Positions 1 through 10,551 of a stretch of 33,549 nucleotides of DNA are shown piece by piece (positions within the stretch are counted from its first letter, which is position 1; every line of letters starts with the position of its first letter). A model generated the notes under the pieces. The model had not been told where the DNA came from. It did not search any database and worked only from the letters and a program-made list of their open reading frames with translations. The stretch comes from Elsinoe ampelina (lineage: Eukaryota). The stretch is from the NCBI GenBank assembly GCA_010093995.1, contig ML992549.1, positions 1 to 33,549 of the forward strand. Reading direction: 5' to 3'. The translations under genes and the position numbers were made by a program.

Positions 1-38
1 TCCATAATTCCTTCCTCCCTTTCCTTCCATATTGACAT

Positions 39-3000
39 CTACCTCCTAGGCCCAGTCGGTGCGCCCGGCGGCGGCGCCCCCATGCTCTGTCCCTGCCCTC
101 CCTGTCCCGGCCCTTGAGGCGGCCCCTGTGGATGTCTAAACCCCATCGGTCCCTGACCTGGCATCATCCCCATCCCCTGCCCCGGCCCCGGTCCTTGTTG
201 CTGCTGCGGCCCTCCCTGTGGTCCAGCAGGCGGATACCCCTGCGCCGAACCCATGCTACCTCCACTTGCGCTTCTAGGTAGGTAGGGCTCGCGCTGCATC
301 ATCCTTATCTCCTCATCACGGCGACGACGGGTTTCGTCTTCCATCGCTTGTCTCTCGCCAAAGCTCGGCGGCGGTCGGCTCTCGAACTGCGGGCGGCGCC
401 AGGCTTCTTCCCTCCCGAATGGCTCGCGCGGTGGGGCGGCGAAGTCATGGCGCTCTCTTGCGGGACCCTGCGGTGGGTGCGCGGATGGCGGAGGAGGGGG
501 AAATTCTCGTCGTTCTTGTGGTGGGAAACCTTGTGGTTGGTGGAACTCGCCGCGGCGTTCCATTTCTCGTTGGCGTTCGCGTTCCCAGTCTTCTCTTTCG
601 CGTTCGCGGAGGCTCATCTCTCTCTCGCGATGGATCTGGCGTTCTCGGTCGAAGTCGCGCTGTCGTTGTAATTCTCGGTCTTGGCGTTCGCGTTCGACAG
701 CGAGGTCGCGATCACGTTGGAGTTCTCGGTCACGGGCGTAGGCGTTATCACGTTCGCGCATCTCTCGCTGGTAGCTTTCTTGTTCCTGACGGAACATTGT
801 CTCACGGTCGCGCATGTTGAAAGACTGCTCATATCGCTCGTCTGGACGGAACGCTGGTCCTGCCGGTGGAGCCTGCGCATATCCAGGCGGTGGCTGTGAC
901 ATGGCAGCATGAAGCGGTTGCGGTGGCGGAGCACTCGGATGACCTTGTGGGTGACTCATTGGCGGACCTCCGATGCCAGGACCCGGCGGAGGCGGGCCAG
1001 TATTAGACCTATACCGAGCTGCGGCCGCTGCAACGTATTGCGCTTCACGTTCCCGAGCATCTCGATCTCTAGCGGCAGCGTCGCGATCACGAATATACTG
1101 AGCTTCGCGTTCATGCTCCAGAGACGAAGGAGTTGAAAGCGGTGGTCGCTCGTACTCTCGACGTTCTGCAGGTCGATAGCCCCATTTCTCGGCAGCTTGA
1201 GCGCGATAGTCTTCCTCCCGACTTGGCCGACGGGCATGGAAAGGCTGCCCTGGTGGAGCCTGATTGACTGGCGAATTGTGCTGCGACATATGAGGCGGTG
1301 GCGCTTGAGTGTACGGGTTGCCACCCATCGGATATCCTGGCATGGAATGAGGTGGTGGTTGCTGAGGAGGTCCACCTGGCGCCGAGAACGATCCATGCCT
1401 GCTGTGCGGGAATGGAGGGGGCGGTGAGGGATTCGCTCGAGCAGCGGTATTGAGCGGCCCCAATGCTGAAGATCGATGAGGGTTGAAACGTTCCTGCCTT
1501 TCAAAAACACCTGGTCCAGGCGAAGCAGACGGAGGAGGCGGTTGTGCTTGTCTTGGCGGCCATTCGTTCTGTCTAGCGGGAGCAACACCTTGCCAGAGTG
1601 ACTCGAACTTTGGTTGAGTCGGCGCTGGACCGGGTGTGCTCTGAGCAGGCCTCTCATACATGGGTCGAGGAGGTTGTGCACCTGAGCCGAATGTATCTCT
1701 CCGTTGACCAAGAACAGCCGACGTAGGGGTCGGGTTGCGCTGTATATTCGCAGGTGACTGAGGTCGAGCATTTCCTTGAATGCCATGATCGCTCATGCGC
1801 TTGACAGCAGGACGTGGCTCTTCCGGCTCATTATTGAGAAGCGAGGCCAGATTAGATGTCTTTCGCGGCTCGGCTGGTTTCACCGACAAAGTTGGCGTCT
1901 GTATTGGCGACTGAGCTGGTGCTGGCACGGGTACAGAACTCGGTCTGAAGCCAGCCATCATCTTTGGTGGCGAAGGATTTTGACCAGGGTGGATCTGATT
2001 CGGCGGTAGGATCGGAGGAGGAGCTGCTATTGATGTCGCTGGAGATCCAAGCATGTTCCTCATCGGCCCGGAAGCCGGACGTGGTGGAGGAACAGACGGA
2101 GGCTTCTCTTCTACTTGCCTTTGCGCCTCAGGCTGAGCTGGTGGTTGCGGCGCCAATTGAGGATAGACATTCTGATGAGGCAGCTGAGGGATACGATCGT
2201 TCGACCTCGTCTCCGACTGTAGCTTGATCGCGCGTTCCTGTTCTTGCAAAAGTCCCTGGTACCATGCTGACTGATCTAATTCTCGTTGAGGAGCAGCATT
2301 CTGTGGCGGCGGTCGTGCTTGCACTGGCTGAGGAGGTGGCCTCGACGTCGGCGGCTGCTGAGCAGGTCGCTGAATGGCGGATTCTGAGAAGAAGCCCATC
2401 CGCGGACCTGGAGCCTGACCTGGTCGAGCAGGAGGCTGAGAAGCAGCCTTTGCGTTGACTGTCGCAAGAGCTGTCTGAAGAGGTGTGGGAGCTGTGCGGA
2501 TTGGGCCTGTCGGCGGTGCCGAGGTCGGGAATCTCCCAGCTCCTTCTTCCAGGACCTCGGCCTGAGCTGTCCCTGGTCTTGCACCGGTCGTAGGTGGATT
2601 GTCATATCTCCGCTTGACGATGGGAGTTGGTGTCGGTGGTGGACCAAGATCTTCGCCTCGTGAGCGTTTCGCATTAGCTGATTCGGCCGCTGTCAGGAAC
2701 TCCTCTTTCTGGTCACCCTCAATTCTACGTTGGTAGTGATTCTTGACCTGGTCATAGTTAGCTTCATTCCCAACTTCTGCTAACGAGCCACCCACCATGG
2801 TTTGAGTCTTTGTCCCCATCTGCGCCGCGATAGCACCAAAGTCGGTACCGTAGTATCTCAAGAATTTGAGGAAATCGGTCTGTTCTGGCACGGACCAATA
2901 GCTACTGGCGGACTGTCTTTGAGTTGCGGCAACAACAGGGATGCGTGTCCTCTCCACAGGTTCCGGCGCGGGCATCGAAGTCTCGAAAAAGGCTGGGGCG

Positions 3001-6000
3001 TGATAGACCTGCACAGGCTCTGGTCGTGGCCGCGTGGTGCCCGCTTGAAACCCAGCAAGTAAGTTAGCCTCATCCATCCTCGCCTTCTCCTCATTGGTGA
3101 GCTCGTTGGCGCGGAACTGTAATTCGCGATCCGTCTTGATGGGTGAAGCAGCTTGTGGGGTGTTGACCTCTGTACTTGCAGCGGCAAGCGGCTGAGCTTT
3201 ACTTCTCTTGTTCGCCTTGTCACCACCCGCAGTCCTTCTCTTTTTCGCAGGCTTTTCTTCACCCTCCGTCTTTGCAGTCTTCCTCGCGGGAGTAGCGCTA
3301 GTGCCCCTGCTCTCAGGCTGTGGCTCTTGCGCTGCCCCACGCACGGCAGCAGCTCTTTTCGGTCGACCATTGGCGTTCGTTCCATTTTCCGTCGTCGGCG
3401 CTGGAACATCTTCTTCTCCTCTTGTAAGATCCGCCATGAGCGCAGCACCTCGCACACGGGCGCCGACCTTTCCTCCTCTCCCACGACCGGGACCACGACC
3501 TCTCCTCTTGCCCTTGGTCTCCCGGAATCGACCGTCCCACTTGTGGGCATAGTAGTGATGGATGCAATCCTGGTACGTGCGGCCAGGTAGCAACGCAGCA
3601 ATCTCGCCCCATTTCTTCGGTCGCTCCTTAAATGCCTGAAGGAAGGTCTCATGCTCTTCAGCTGTAAAATCATCCGCCGGAGGTTGATAGCCATAGATTG
3701 AGACAAGCTGGTCCGGACTGCGCAGGTTGTTGGTATCCTTAAAGACCGTGCGTCTGAGCAAGTCTTCGTCGTACATGGGCGGACAGGTTGCCTCCTTTTC
3801 CAGCGAGTCGCGGACTCTCTGGGCGTCCTTCTCCTGTTTTTCTTGCTCCTTCCTGGCCATTTCTTCAGACTCTTTCAGGACTTTTTGCATATCATACTCG
3901 CTGCTGTACTTGTGCAGTCGTCTGGATCCTTCAGTCGTCGGCGTTTCCAGAGGAGGTGCCATGGACTCGACCTCTCCTGCGACATCCGCAGACTTTTGGC
4001 GCTCAAGTCGTTCTCTTTCCGCGCGCTCCTCGTCGAGATTACGGGCGATATCGATGCACTTGCGATAGCGATCCGCGTATGCGTCGATGATGTCTTGCGC
4101 GATCACCTCGTTCTGTTGTTTGACGCCCCGGAAGTACTCGATCAGAGCTGGCTTACTCCTCTCCTCCGCGGTCAGATGCGCTTGTAACCTGTCCCCAGGA
4201 CTGGAGGGCTCCTTGTTCAGGTACGGAAGGTTTATAATCTCCGGGCTTGGCTCTCGTCGAACGGGTAAAATTCTGTCGAGCACATCGCTGTCCTCCATCA
4301 CCACATCTTCGTGCTCTTCCTCTTTCGGCGTCAGAAGATCCTGATCGACGTCTTCTGTCGAGCCGGACGCGACACCGGACCCTTCTTCGTCGAGTTCTGG
4401 AGCTTCAGCTTCTGGCGAACCTTCACTTTCGTCTGGCAGATCATCCACAGTAATCCTGGCAATCCTGGCAATTTGTTCGAACGGTGTGGTCACTCGATAC
4501 TCTCGAGCACTCAGGTCGACCATTTGCGCTTCCAATTGGGCTTTGCGCTGTTCGAACTTTCTTGTCGGCATCTCAAAGTCTTCCTCGTCAAGATCCATGC
4601 CGTCTTCATCGCTGCTGCTATCCGAAGCAGGCTCCACTGGGTCGCCTATATCATCAATATCGCCGGTGTCCTTGCGATCAGTTTCTTGTTCCGACTTCGC
4701 CTGGGCAGCCTGAGTAGCATCGTCTTGGATCTTGATCTCTTCCTGCTTGAGGACAGGCGCTGCTCGAAGTTGGTTAGGTGAAGCTTGCGGGACACGAGCA
4801 ACTTCATCGCCGTTAGCGTCTCGCTTCGCTGGTGTGACGCTCTCTCTTGATATACGTGGCTGTTGCCACGGATTCCAGGGCTGAGGACCACCGCGAGGGC
4901 CAGCCGGCGGTACAGGACGTTGAGAAGCGATAGGAGGACGCTCTGGAGCTCTTGTAAGAGCGTTCATGCCACGTTCGTTGGTCACACGCGGGCCGGTGGG
5001 GGGAGCTCGGTCTGCCTTGGGCGCAGTCGGTGGTACACGAGGACTTGTCAGCAGCGGAGATTGCTGTTGACGAGGACCTGTGGGAACCGGCGGAGTGTGC
5101 TCTTCTCGAATTCGTACATCCGGGCTGGGTATGACAGGACCGGATCTGCCTATTGGGGGTGAATGATGAACAATCGGAACATCGCTTTGAGATGACTTTG
5201 GAGTCGGCGGTGCTGGTTGAGACCATGATGACGAACCAAAGTTCGGCGATGGGACACTCGATGATGAAGGCGCCAGAGGCTGCCGATCACGAAGAGCCGG
5301 AGAAGGGAATGGTGGTGGTGCAGGTCTTTCGTCACGAAGTGCAGCAGGTCCCGTTGGTGGTTGCGGGTTCTGTTTAGCTGGTGGTACAGCTGGACTGGTC
5401 GCACTGTCAAGACTGCGTGGCCCTCTCGGCGCTTCTGGGGGTATTCTCTGCTGTACAGGTGAAATTGGACCCGAAGGTGTCACTGTGTTGGGCTTGGGCG
5501 AGGTAGCGAGCGCCTTAGGAGCAGTCGGTACCGCCTTTGGCACGGGTGATGGTACTCTAGCAACAGCAGGGACAACCGTTGAAGGCGGCGGTCGGACTTC
5601 TTGAGGCGCTCGCCAGACGTTAGGAGGCGGGACGTGACTCGGAGTCGGCTTGCCAAAATTCACGGCACCAAACGCAGGTACACTAGGAGCCTGTGGTGGT
5701 GATGAAGCGCGAGGTCGAGCGGGGAACGGATCAGTACGAGGCGCCTGCTCAACCGGAGTGCCCATTTCTGGTCTTTGAAGGAAGCTGGTCGAGGCTCGTC
5801 TGTCCAGAGGCATTCGCATATCTGGCTGAGGTCGTTCGGATGGGGTCGGAGGTTGGGATGGGTTCGCCTGTGAAGGCGTCGGCGGTCTCGATGACGAGTC
5901 ACCGGTGGATCTTGTATCGAATCTTTGCTGACCCATGGACATTCGACTCCAAGGTCCTTCCCGATCTCTCGGCTCTCGAGCAGACCACCTTTCCTCGTCC

Positions 6001-6581
6001 GGTCTTTCAGTCCTCCACTCCTCCCGACCTTCTCGAGAGGTATCGCGACCCCAGCGAGGAGGCGGAGAGCGCTGCCTGAACGGTGGCCGATCGTCAAATT
6101 GTGGACGTCTAGATCTGTCAAAGTCACCCCTCCCACGACCTCGTCCACGACCGCCGAATCCGCCATGTGGAAATGAACGAGAAGCAAAGGAAGTGTCTGA
6201 GAAAGTAGGATCTGCAGAAAATGGACCATCTCTGGAATTTCTGCGCACCCTAGTGTCCAACTCTCTCGGTGAGGGCGCATCCCTGAAATTGCGAGGAGGT
6301 GATCTTGGACGAGAAGGAGATGGTGGCCGAGGACGACGGTCGTTAAAATCATTGAAAGGACGGTCCCTACCTGCGCCGAACGGAGGTGGGCCTCTTGAGT
6401 CTGGACCATCGTTGAAAGGAGCTCCTCTACCTCTCGGACCTAAAGGAGGATTCCTCTGCCCCGGCGGAGGGAACGAGGGGGGGTATGCACCCGATTGACG
6501 GCGTTCACCGAAGCGTGGTGGAGATCTGGAGCGCTCGCGTGGGTCAAATCGGGTGTCGTGTTGAGCATATCGTTGGCTCAT
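39..6581 (-). CDS. SNT1: Snt1/NCoR-like SANT-domain subunit of the Set3 HDAC complex; 2 exons (6581-2796, 2747-39), about 2164 aa
   Basis: Two SANT/Myb repeats (FTAEEHETFLQAFKERPKKWGEIAALLPGRTYQDCIHHYY; SSYWSVPEQTDFLKFLRYYGTDFGAIA...KTQTM|VKNHY) in a Pro/Arg-rich disordered protein. A 48-nt in-frame intron at 2795-2748 (GTGGGT..GCTAAC..CAG) restores the SANT2 end when removed. Confidence 0.85.
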   Translation of the reverse strand: MSQRYAQHDTRFDPRERSRSPPRFGERRQSGAYPPSFPPPGQRNPPLGPRGRGAPFNDGPDSRGPPPFGAGRDRPFNDFNDRRPRPPSPSRPRSPPRNFRDAPSPRELDTRVRRNSRDGPFSADPTFSDTSFASRSFPHGGFGGRGRGRGRGDFDRSRRPQFDDRPPFRQRSPPPRWGRDTSREGREEWRTERPDEERWSAREPRDREGPWSRMSMGQQRFDTRSTGDSSSRPPTPSQANPSQPPTPSERPQPDMRMPLDRRASTSFLQRPEMGTPVEQAPRTDPFPARPRASSPPQAPSVPAFGAVNFGKPTPSHVPPPNVWRAPQEVRPPPSTVVPAVARVPSPVPKAVPTAPKALATSPKPNTVTPSGPISPVQQRIPPEAPRGPRSLDSATSPAVPPAKQNPQPPTGPAALRDERPAPPPFPSPALRDRQPLAPSSSSVPSPNFGSSSWSQPAPPTPKSSQSDVPIVHHSPPIGRSGPVIPSPDVRIREEHTPPVPTGPRQQQSPLLTSPRVPPTAPKADRAPPTGPRVTNERGMNALTRAPERPPIASQRPVPPAGPRGGPQPWNPWQQPRISRESVTPAKRDANGDEVARVPQASPNQLRAAPVLKQEEIKIQDDATQAAQAKSEQETDRKDTGDIDDIGDPVEPASDSSSDEDGMDLDEEDFEMPTRKFEQRKAQLEAQMVDLSAREYRVTTPFEQIARIARITVDDLPDESEGSPEAEAPELDEEGSGVASGSTEDVDQDLLTPKEEEHEDVVMEDSDVLDRILPVRREPSPEIINLPYLNKEPSSPGDRLQAHLTAEERSKPALIEYFRGVKQQNEVIAQDIIDAYADRYRKCIDIARNLDEERAERERLERQKSADVAGEVESMAPPLETPTTEGSRRLHKYSSEYDMQKVLKESEEMARKEQEKQEKDAQRVRDSLEKEATCPPMYDEDLLRRTVFKDTNNLRSPDQLVSIYGYQPPADDFTAEEHETFLQAFKERPKKWGEIAALLPGRTYQDCIHHYYAHKWDGRFRETKGKRRGRGPGRGRGGKVGARVRGAALMADLTRGEEDVPAPTTENGTNANGRPKRAAAVRGAAQEPQPESRGTSATPARKTAKTEGEEKPAKKRRTAGGDKANKRSKAQPLAAASTEVNTPQAASPIKTDRELQFRANELTNEEKARMDEANLLAGFQAGTTRPRPEPVQVYHAPAFFETSMPAPEPVERTRIPVVAATQRQSASSYWSVPEQTDFLKFLRYYGTDFGAIAAQMGTKTQTMVGGSLAEVGNEANYDQVKNHYQRRIEGDQKEEFLTAAESANAKRSRGEDLGPPPTPTPIVKRRYDNPPTTGARPGTAQAEVLEEGAGRFPTSAPPTGPIRTAPTPLQTALATVNAKAASQPPARPGQAPGPRMGFFSESAIQRPAQQPPTSRPPPQPVQARPPPQNAAPQRELDQSAWYQGLLQEQERAIKLQSETRSNDRIPQLPHQNVYPQLAPQPPAQPEAQRQVEEKPPSVPPPRPASGPMRNMLGSPATSIAAPPPILPPNQIHPGQNPSPPKMMAGFRPSSVPVPAPAQSPIQTPTLSVKPAEPRKTSNLASLLNNEPEEPRPAVKRMSDHGIQGNARPQSPANIQRNPTPTSAVLGQRRDTFGSGAQPPRPMYERPAQSTPGPAPTQPKFESLWQGVAPARQNEWPPRQAQPPPPSASPGPGVFERQERFNPHRSSALGPLNTAARANPSPPPPFPHSRHGSFSAPGGPPQQPPPHSMPGYPMGGNPYTQAPPPHMSQHNSPVNQAPPGQPFHARRPSREEDYRAQAAEKWGYRPAERREYERPPLSTPSSLEHEREAQYIRDRDAAARDRDAREREAQYVAAAAARYRSNTGPPPPGPGIGGPPMSHPQGHPSAPPPQPLHAAMSQPPPGYAQAPPAGPAFRPDERYEQSFNMRDRETMFRQEQESYQREMRERDNAYARDRELQRDRDLAVERERQDRELQRQRDFDRERQIHREREMSLREREREDWERERQREMERRGEFHQPQGFPPQERREFPPPPPSAHPPQGPARERHDFAAPPREPFGREEAWRRPQFESRPPPSFGERQAMEDETRRRRDEEIRMMQREPYLPRSASGGSMGSAQGYPPAGPQGGPQQQQGPGPGQGMGMMPGQGPMGFRHPQGPPQGPGQGGQGQSMGAPPPGAPTGPRR

Positions 6582-8873
6582 TTCACCATGACGGTGTGTT
6601 GTGGATAATTATAATGATGGCTGAGTAGGTCCAGAAGACGGACTACTCGAGAGCAGAGATGGATCCTTCACTATTGACACCTATGCCTCTGTGTCTCTCG
6701 AAGATTCGCAATTTTGAAAACCTTAATGGGTGCTGCAATTGGCGACGACACAGGCTCAGAGTATCGCCGTTTATGATATTCAATGATGCCAAAGTGTAAA
6801 ACCTTGGCCTTCTGGATTGACGCAGATTTGAGGAGTCCGTGCGTCTTGAAATGCGGGTGATCCTTTTAGTTTAGTGCGGCGTGCCGGAAGTTTAAATCTG
6901 TCTCGATCCGCCAATTCAGCTTCCAGGGCCAGCCAACGCCGAGTTTAGAACGAAACAGAGTCTGCTGGATGCGTGGAAACGCGACCTTTGACAGGCGATT
7001 TTGATGTCGATATTGGCGACGATGAGTCCGGAGTGTAGTCCGGTATTGATTTTGGACAGTGAGATGTCGCCGCCCTGAAGGTTGCAGTCGTGAGATGGAG
7101 ATCTTCAATTCGTGATGGGTCAAGTTTGCGATGCGATGTTGTTTGTGCTGTGATGCCGGCGGGTTGGTGCAAAGCCAGAAACAAATTAAGATGATGTCGC
7201 TCTGTCGATTGCGATATGCTGATGAACGCAAACCAGCTGTTGTACGTGTGATGCGGAAAATGCGTCTTGTCGTGTAGGAGGAAAGATGGGAAAACCGAAA
7301 GTGGAACGCTTTGGGCTTCGCTACAGAGACCTGGACCTTGCCGAGATGCACGTAACGAGCGGGAGCTGGGACGACGGGAGGTGCGCGTGTGAGGGCGAGG
7401 ACCAGAAGTGGGAACAGGCTTCAACAGGACGACGAAAAATGCAAAATGGAGAGATCTGCATGGAGGCTAGTTCGGGAACACACTGGCACACCACGCACAA
7501 GCAACAAAGGAACGACCTGTGGGCTACCACGTCTATGGGTAGACCGCGGCGTAGACGGGGACAAGTCATGCCAGGCGACCCACTTTGACGGCGCCGACGA
7601 TTCACAAGGCAGCGTGTCGAACCTGAAAAGTCTAAAAACGGCCGCCAGGGAAGGATGCAAAAAGGATCACGAACGGGGAGACAATTCCTGGGAGATCGCT
7701 AGCGTCAGGAAGAGGCGCCGGGGCGTTCTGCAGAATCAGAGTGGCCCCCTGCACCATCTTTGAACGAATCCAAGCACGCTTCATGCACGCCCGGTGCATC
7801 GTCAATCACCACTCAGCGGTGCCTCTAACGGTCTGGTCGTTGATGATGTGAATCGCAACGGTCCATCCAACTTGACTTGTATAGATTCCCGTCGAATAGG
7901 AACAACCGGGTTCGCCAGTCCAGTCAAAAAGGTGGTCAATCTGTTCATGTTTCGTGTTTCCCTTCTTCTCCGCTGGAAACACGACACTTTCACCGAAACA
8001 GCCAAGGCGGAACAGAGCTGTGTCGGTCGCGTTAGGGCGCATGCAAAATGACTGCATCCCCCTTTGGAGCCCTTGTCAGACGGGTGGCACGGCGCCCTTG
8101 GTCGCGTGGCTCGTGGAACTCGACCAGAAGTTGCTCTGTTGCAGGGCCGCCCCTCCACAGAGTCCACACCCACGCCAGGCTAGATTTGACATTAGCCCCG
8201 GAACGATCAGATCTGAATGTGGCAGCCAATCAATGCTCCCGGCATCGAGCCGCAAATTCCTTCCTCGGTAGCAACCATTCCACCTGCCGTAAAAGCTTGA
8301 AGATTCAGGCTGTGTTGTATGATGATGCGAGATGCGAGGTTTTTGTCTAGTCTCGACACGACAGTTGGTGGAAGCTCGGCAGAGAGGGCTGAAGGGTGTC
8401 GGGAACCTCTTTTGCTACTCTTGCCAGCAATGCTTGCCCTACATCCCCGGCCAAGTAAAATCGGTTACGCACGACTCGCGAGATGCAGATTGACTGTCAC
8501 GTTTCCTGCTCGAAAGTGTCTGACCGTGATCTCCGATCCTTTCGTCCTTGCACCTGTCACACAAGTGTCCCGGTCAAGTCCGACGGTGCACCCTGCAGGT
8601 CCCTGCAAGGCTCGAAATGTACAGCATCCTGCCAGTCCAGAAACAAAATAAAATGTTTGTTGGTCGAAGATACAGACGGGAGTCATGCGGGTCAGCTCCC
8701 CCAAAGGCAAGCCGAGGCGATACGTTCCGCCGGCTCGGTTAGAATAGTAGATTAAAAAAAAAGCTTCTATAATTTTGCCCTTTTCTCGAGAAATGCCAAA
8801 CACCGAACAAACCTTTGCTTGACTGCTTGAACATCTCAGGATTCCATCTGCGAGCGAACGGGAAAGGTGTCAG

Positions 8874-10041
8874 ATGATACAAGCTAGCAATGGGGCTCCG
8901 CCTCAAGGGGTGGCGCAAGCTGTCCTAAAACCGTCCGACCCTTTGCCAGAGGACGCCAGTCCCGTAGTAGGTATCGACTTTGACAAACATGCCGGCAGCG
9001 ATATCACTGTAGCCGATATGGTGACGGGCATGGAATTTATGGGCTTTCAAGCTACCTCTGTTGGTCAGGCTGCCAAAGTAATCAACGACATGGTACTATG
9101 AGCCGACCCGGATACCATGATAAATCCACTGAACATAATACAGAGGGCGTGGAAAGATTCGGAGACTGGAGCTGGCACCACCATATTCCTCGGATACACC
9201 TCGAATCTAATTTCTTCTGGTCTTCGAGAGACACTTCGATGGCTTGTGCAACATAAGCATGTTTCAGCAATCGTAACTACTGCAGGGGGCATAGAAGAGG
9301 ATCTAATCAAGTGTCTGGGCTCAACCTACCTTGGATCATTCCACACTGCTGGAGCTTCCCTGAGACAGAAAGGTCTGAATCGAATAGGCAATCTTCTTGT
9401 CCCCAATGACAACTATTGCAAATTCGAAGATTGGATCATGCCGATTCTGAACAGTATGGTCCAGGAACAAGAAGATTCCAAGAAGACAGCAGAACCTCTT
9501 CACTGGACTCCAAGCAAGGTCATTCGTAGACTTGGAAAGGAGATCAATGACGAGAGATCAGTCTACTACTGGGCGTACAAGAACGACATACCTGTCTTCT
9601 GCCCCGCTTTGACAGACGGCAGCCTGGGAGATATGCTTTTCATGCACACCTTCAAGTGCGACGAGCAACTCCGCATTGACATCGTCGAAGATATCCGCAA
9701 GATCAATTCCTTAGCCATGAGGGCGAAGCGAGCCGGCATGATCATACTCGGGGGTGGAATCGTAAAGCATCACATTGCAAATGCTTGCTTGATGCGAAAC
9801 GGCGCAGAGAGCGCAGTCTATATCAATACTGCCAACGAGTTCGATGGAAGCGATGCCGGGGCTCGCCCTGATGAAGCTGTCAGCTGGGGCAAAATCAAGG
9901 CCGACGGTGAGAGCGTCAAGGTAGGCATCCTGCGAGATTCTGAACATCGCAAACTGACAGTATCAGGTGTACGCAGAAGCAACCGTGGTATTTCCTCTCT
10001 TAGTGGCAGCGACTTTTGCCAAAACTAAACCGGTATCTTGA
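8874..10041 (+). CDS. DYS1: Deoxyhypusine synthase; exons 8874-9092, 9144-9920, 9967-10041; 356 aa
   Basis: Motifs [62 protein letters not shown] (catalytic Lys). Splicing restores the conserved C-terminus [18 protein letters not shown]. Confidence 0.97.
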
Positions 10042-10551
10042 GGCATTGGACGTGACTTGCAATATTGCCAACAGCGAGCACGCGAATCAAGCAGCGCCAC
10101 TGCCGGAAATGACAGTATAATTCGCACCTGCCTTGTCGGAAAGCCGCTGCAGTAATTGCAATAAGACGGATGACGGGCTTCTTTTCACTATCAACATCAT
10201 CACAGAAACCTTTTCGCTCCGATACATCACTACATGGACATTGCCTACATACACTATTCGCTACAACCCATTGTCAATCGCACATTTCTACAACTGCGTT
10301 CGCTCAGCAAAGCAACTCGTACGCTTGCAGCATTCATCTTCCGAGGACAATATTCCTCTGGTCTCTGGCCATGGTTGCAGACGCATGCGCTTGCGTCCCG
10401 GGGTGCTGTCTTACTTGCTTGCCCACGTGCATTGTCGAGGTCATCGTCAGCTGCTAGCGACGGCTCAAAGGAGCTTTCAATTGTTGTTGCCTCTGTCTGT
10501 GCCTCATCAACGAATCCCAAGTCTCCTCTCAACATTCACTTCCGGAGCGAA

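Noticed and set aside
348..6498. Many antisense or alternate-frame ORFs over SNT1 (and over TRM6 at 12877-13722 and BUR1 at 31756-32736)
   Set aside because: Shadow ORFs of GC-rich, codon-biased coding sequence; many start with GTG/TTG.
8318..8392. ATGATGA...CTGA as a C/D snoRNA
   Set aside because: No terminal stem and no recognisable rRNA guide.
8676..8762. Two short hairpins (GGGAG/CTCCC, CCGAG/CTCGG) plus an A9 tract as a possible ncRNA
   Set aside because: No tRNA, snRNA or SRP signature. The A-tract is better explained as a DYS1 promoter element.
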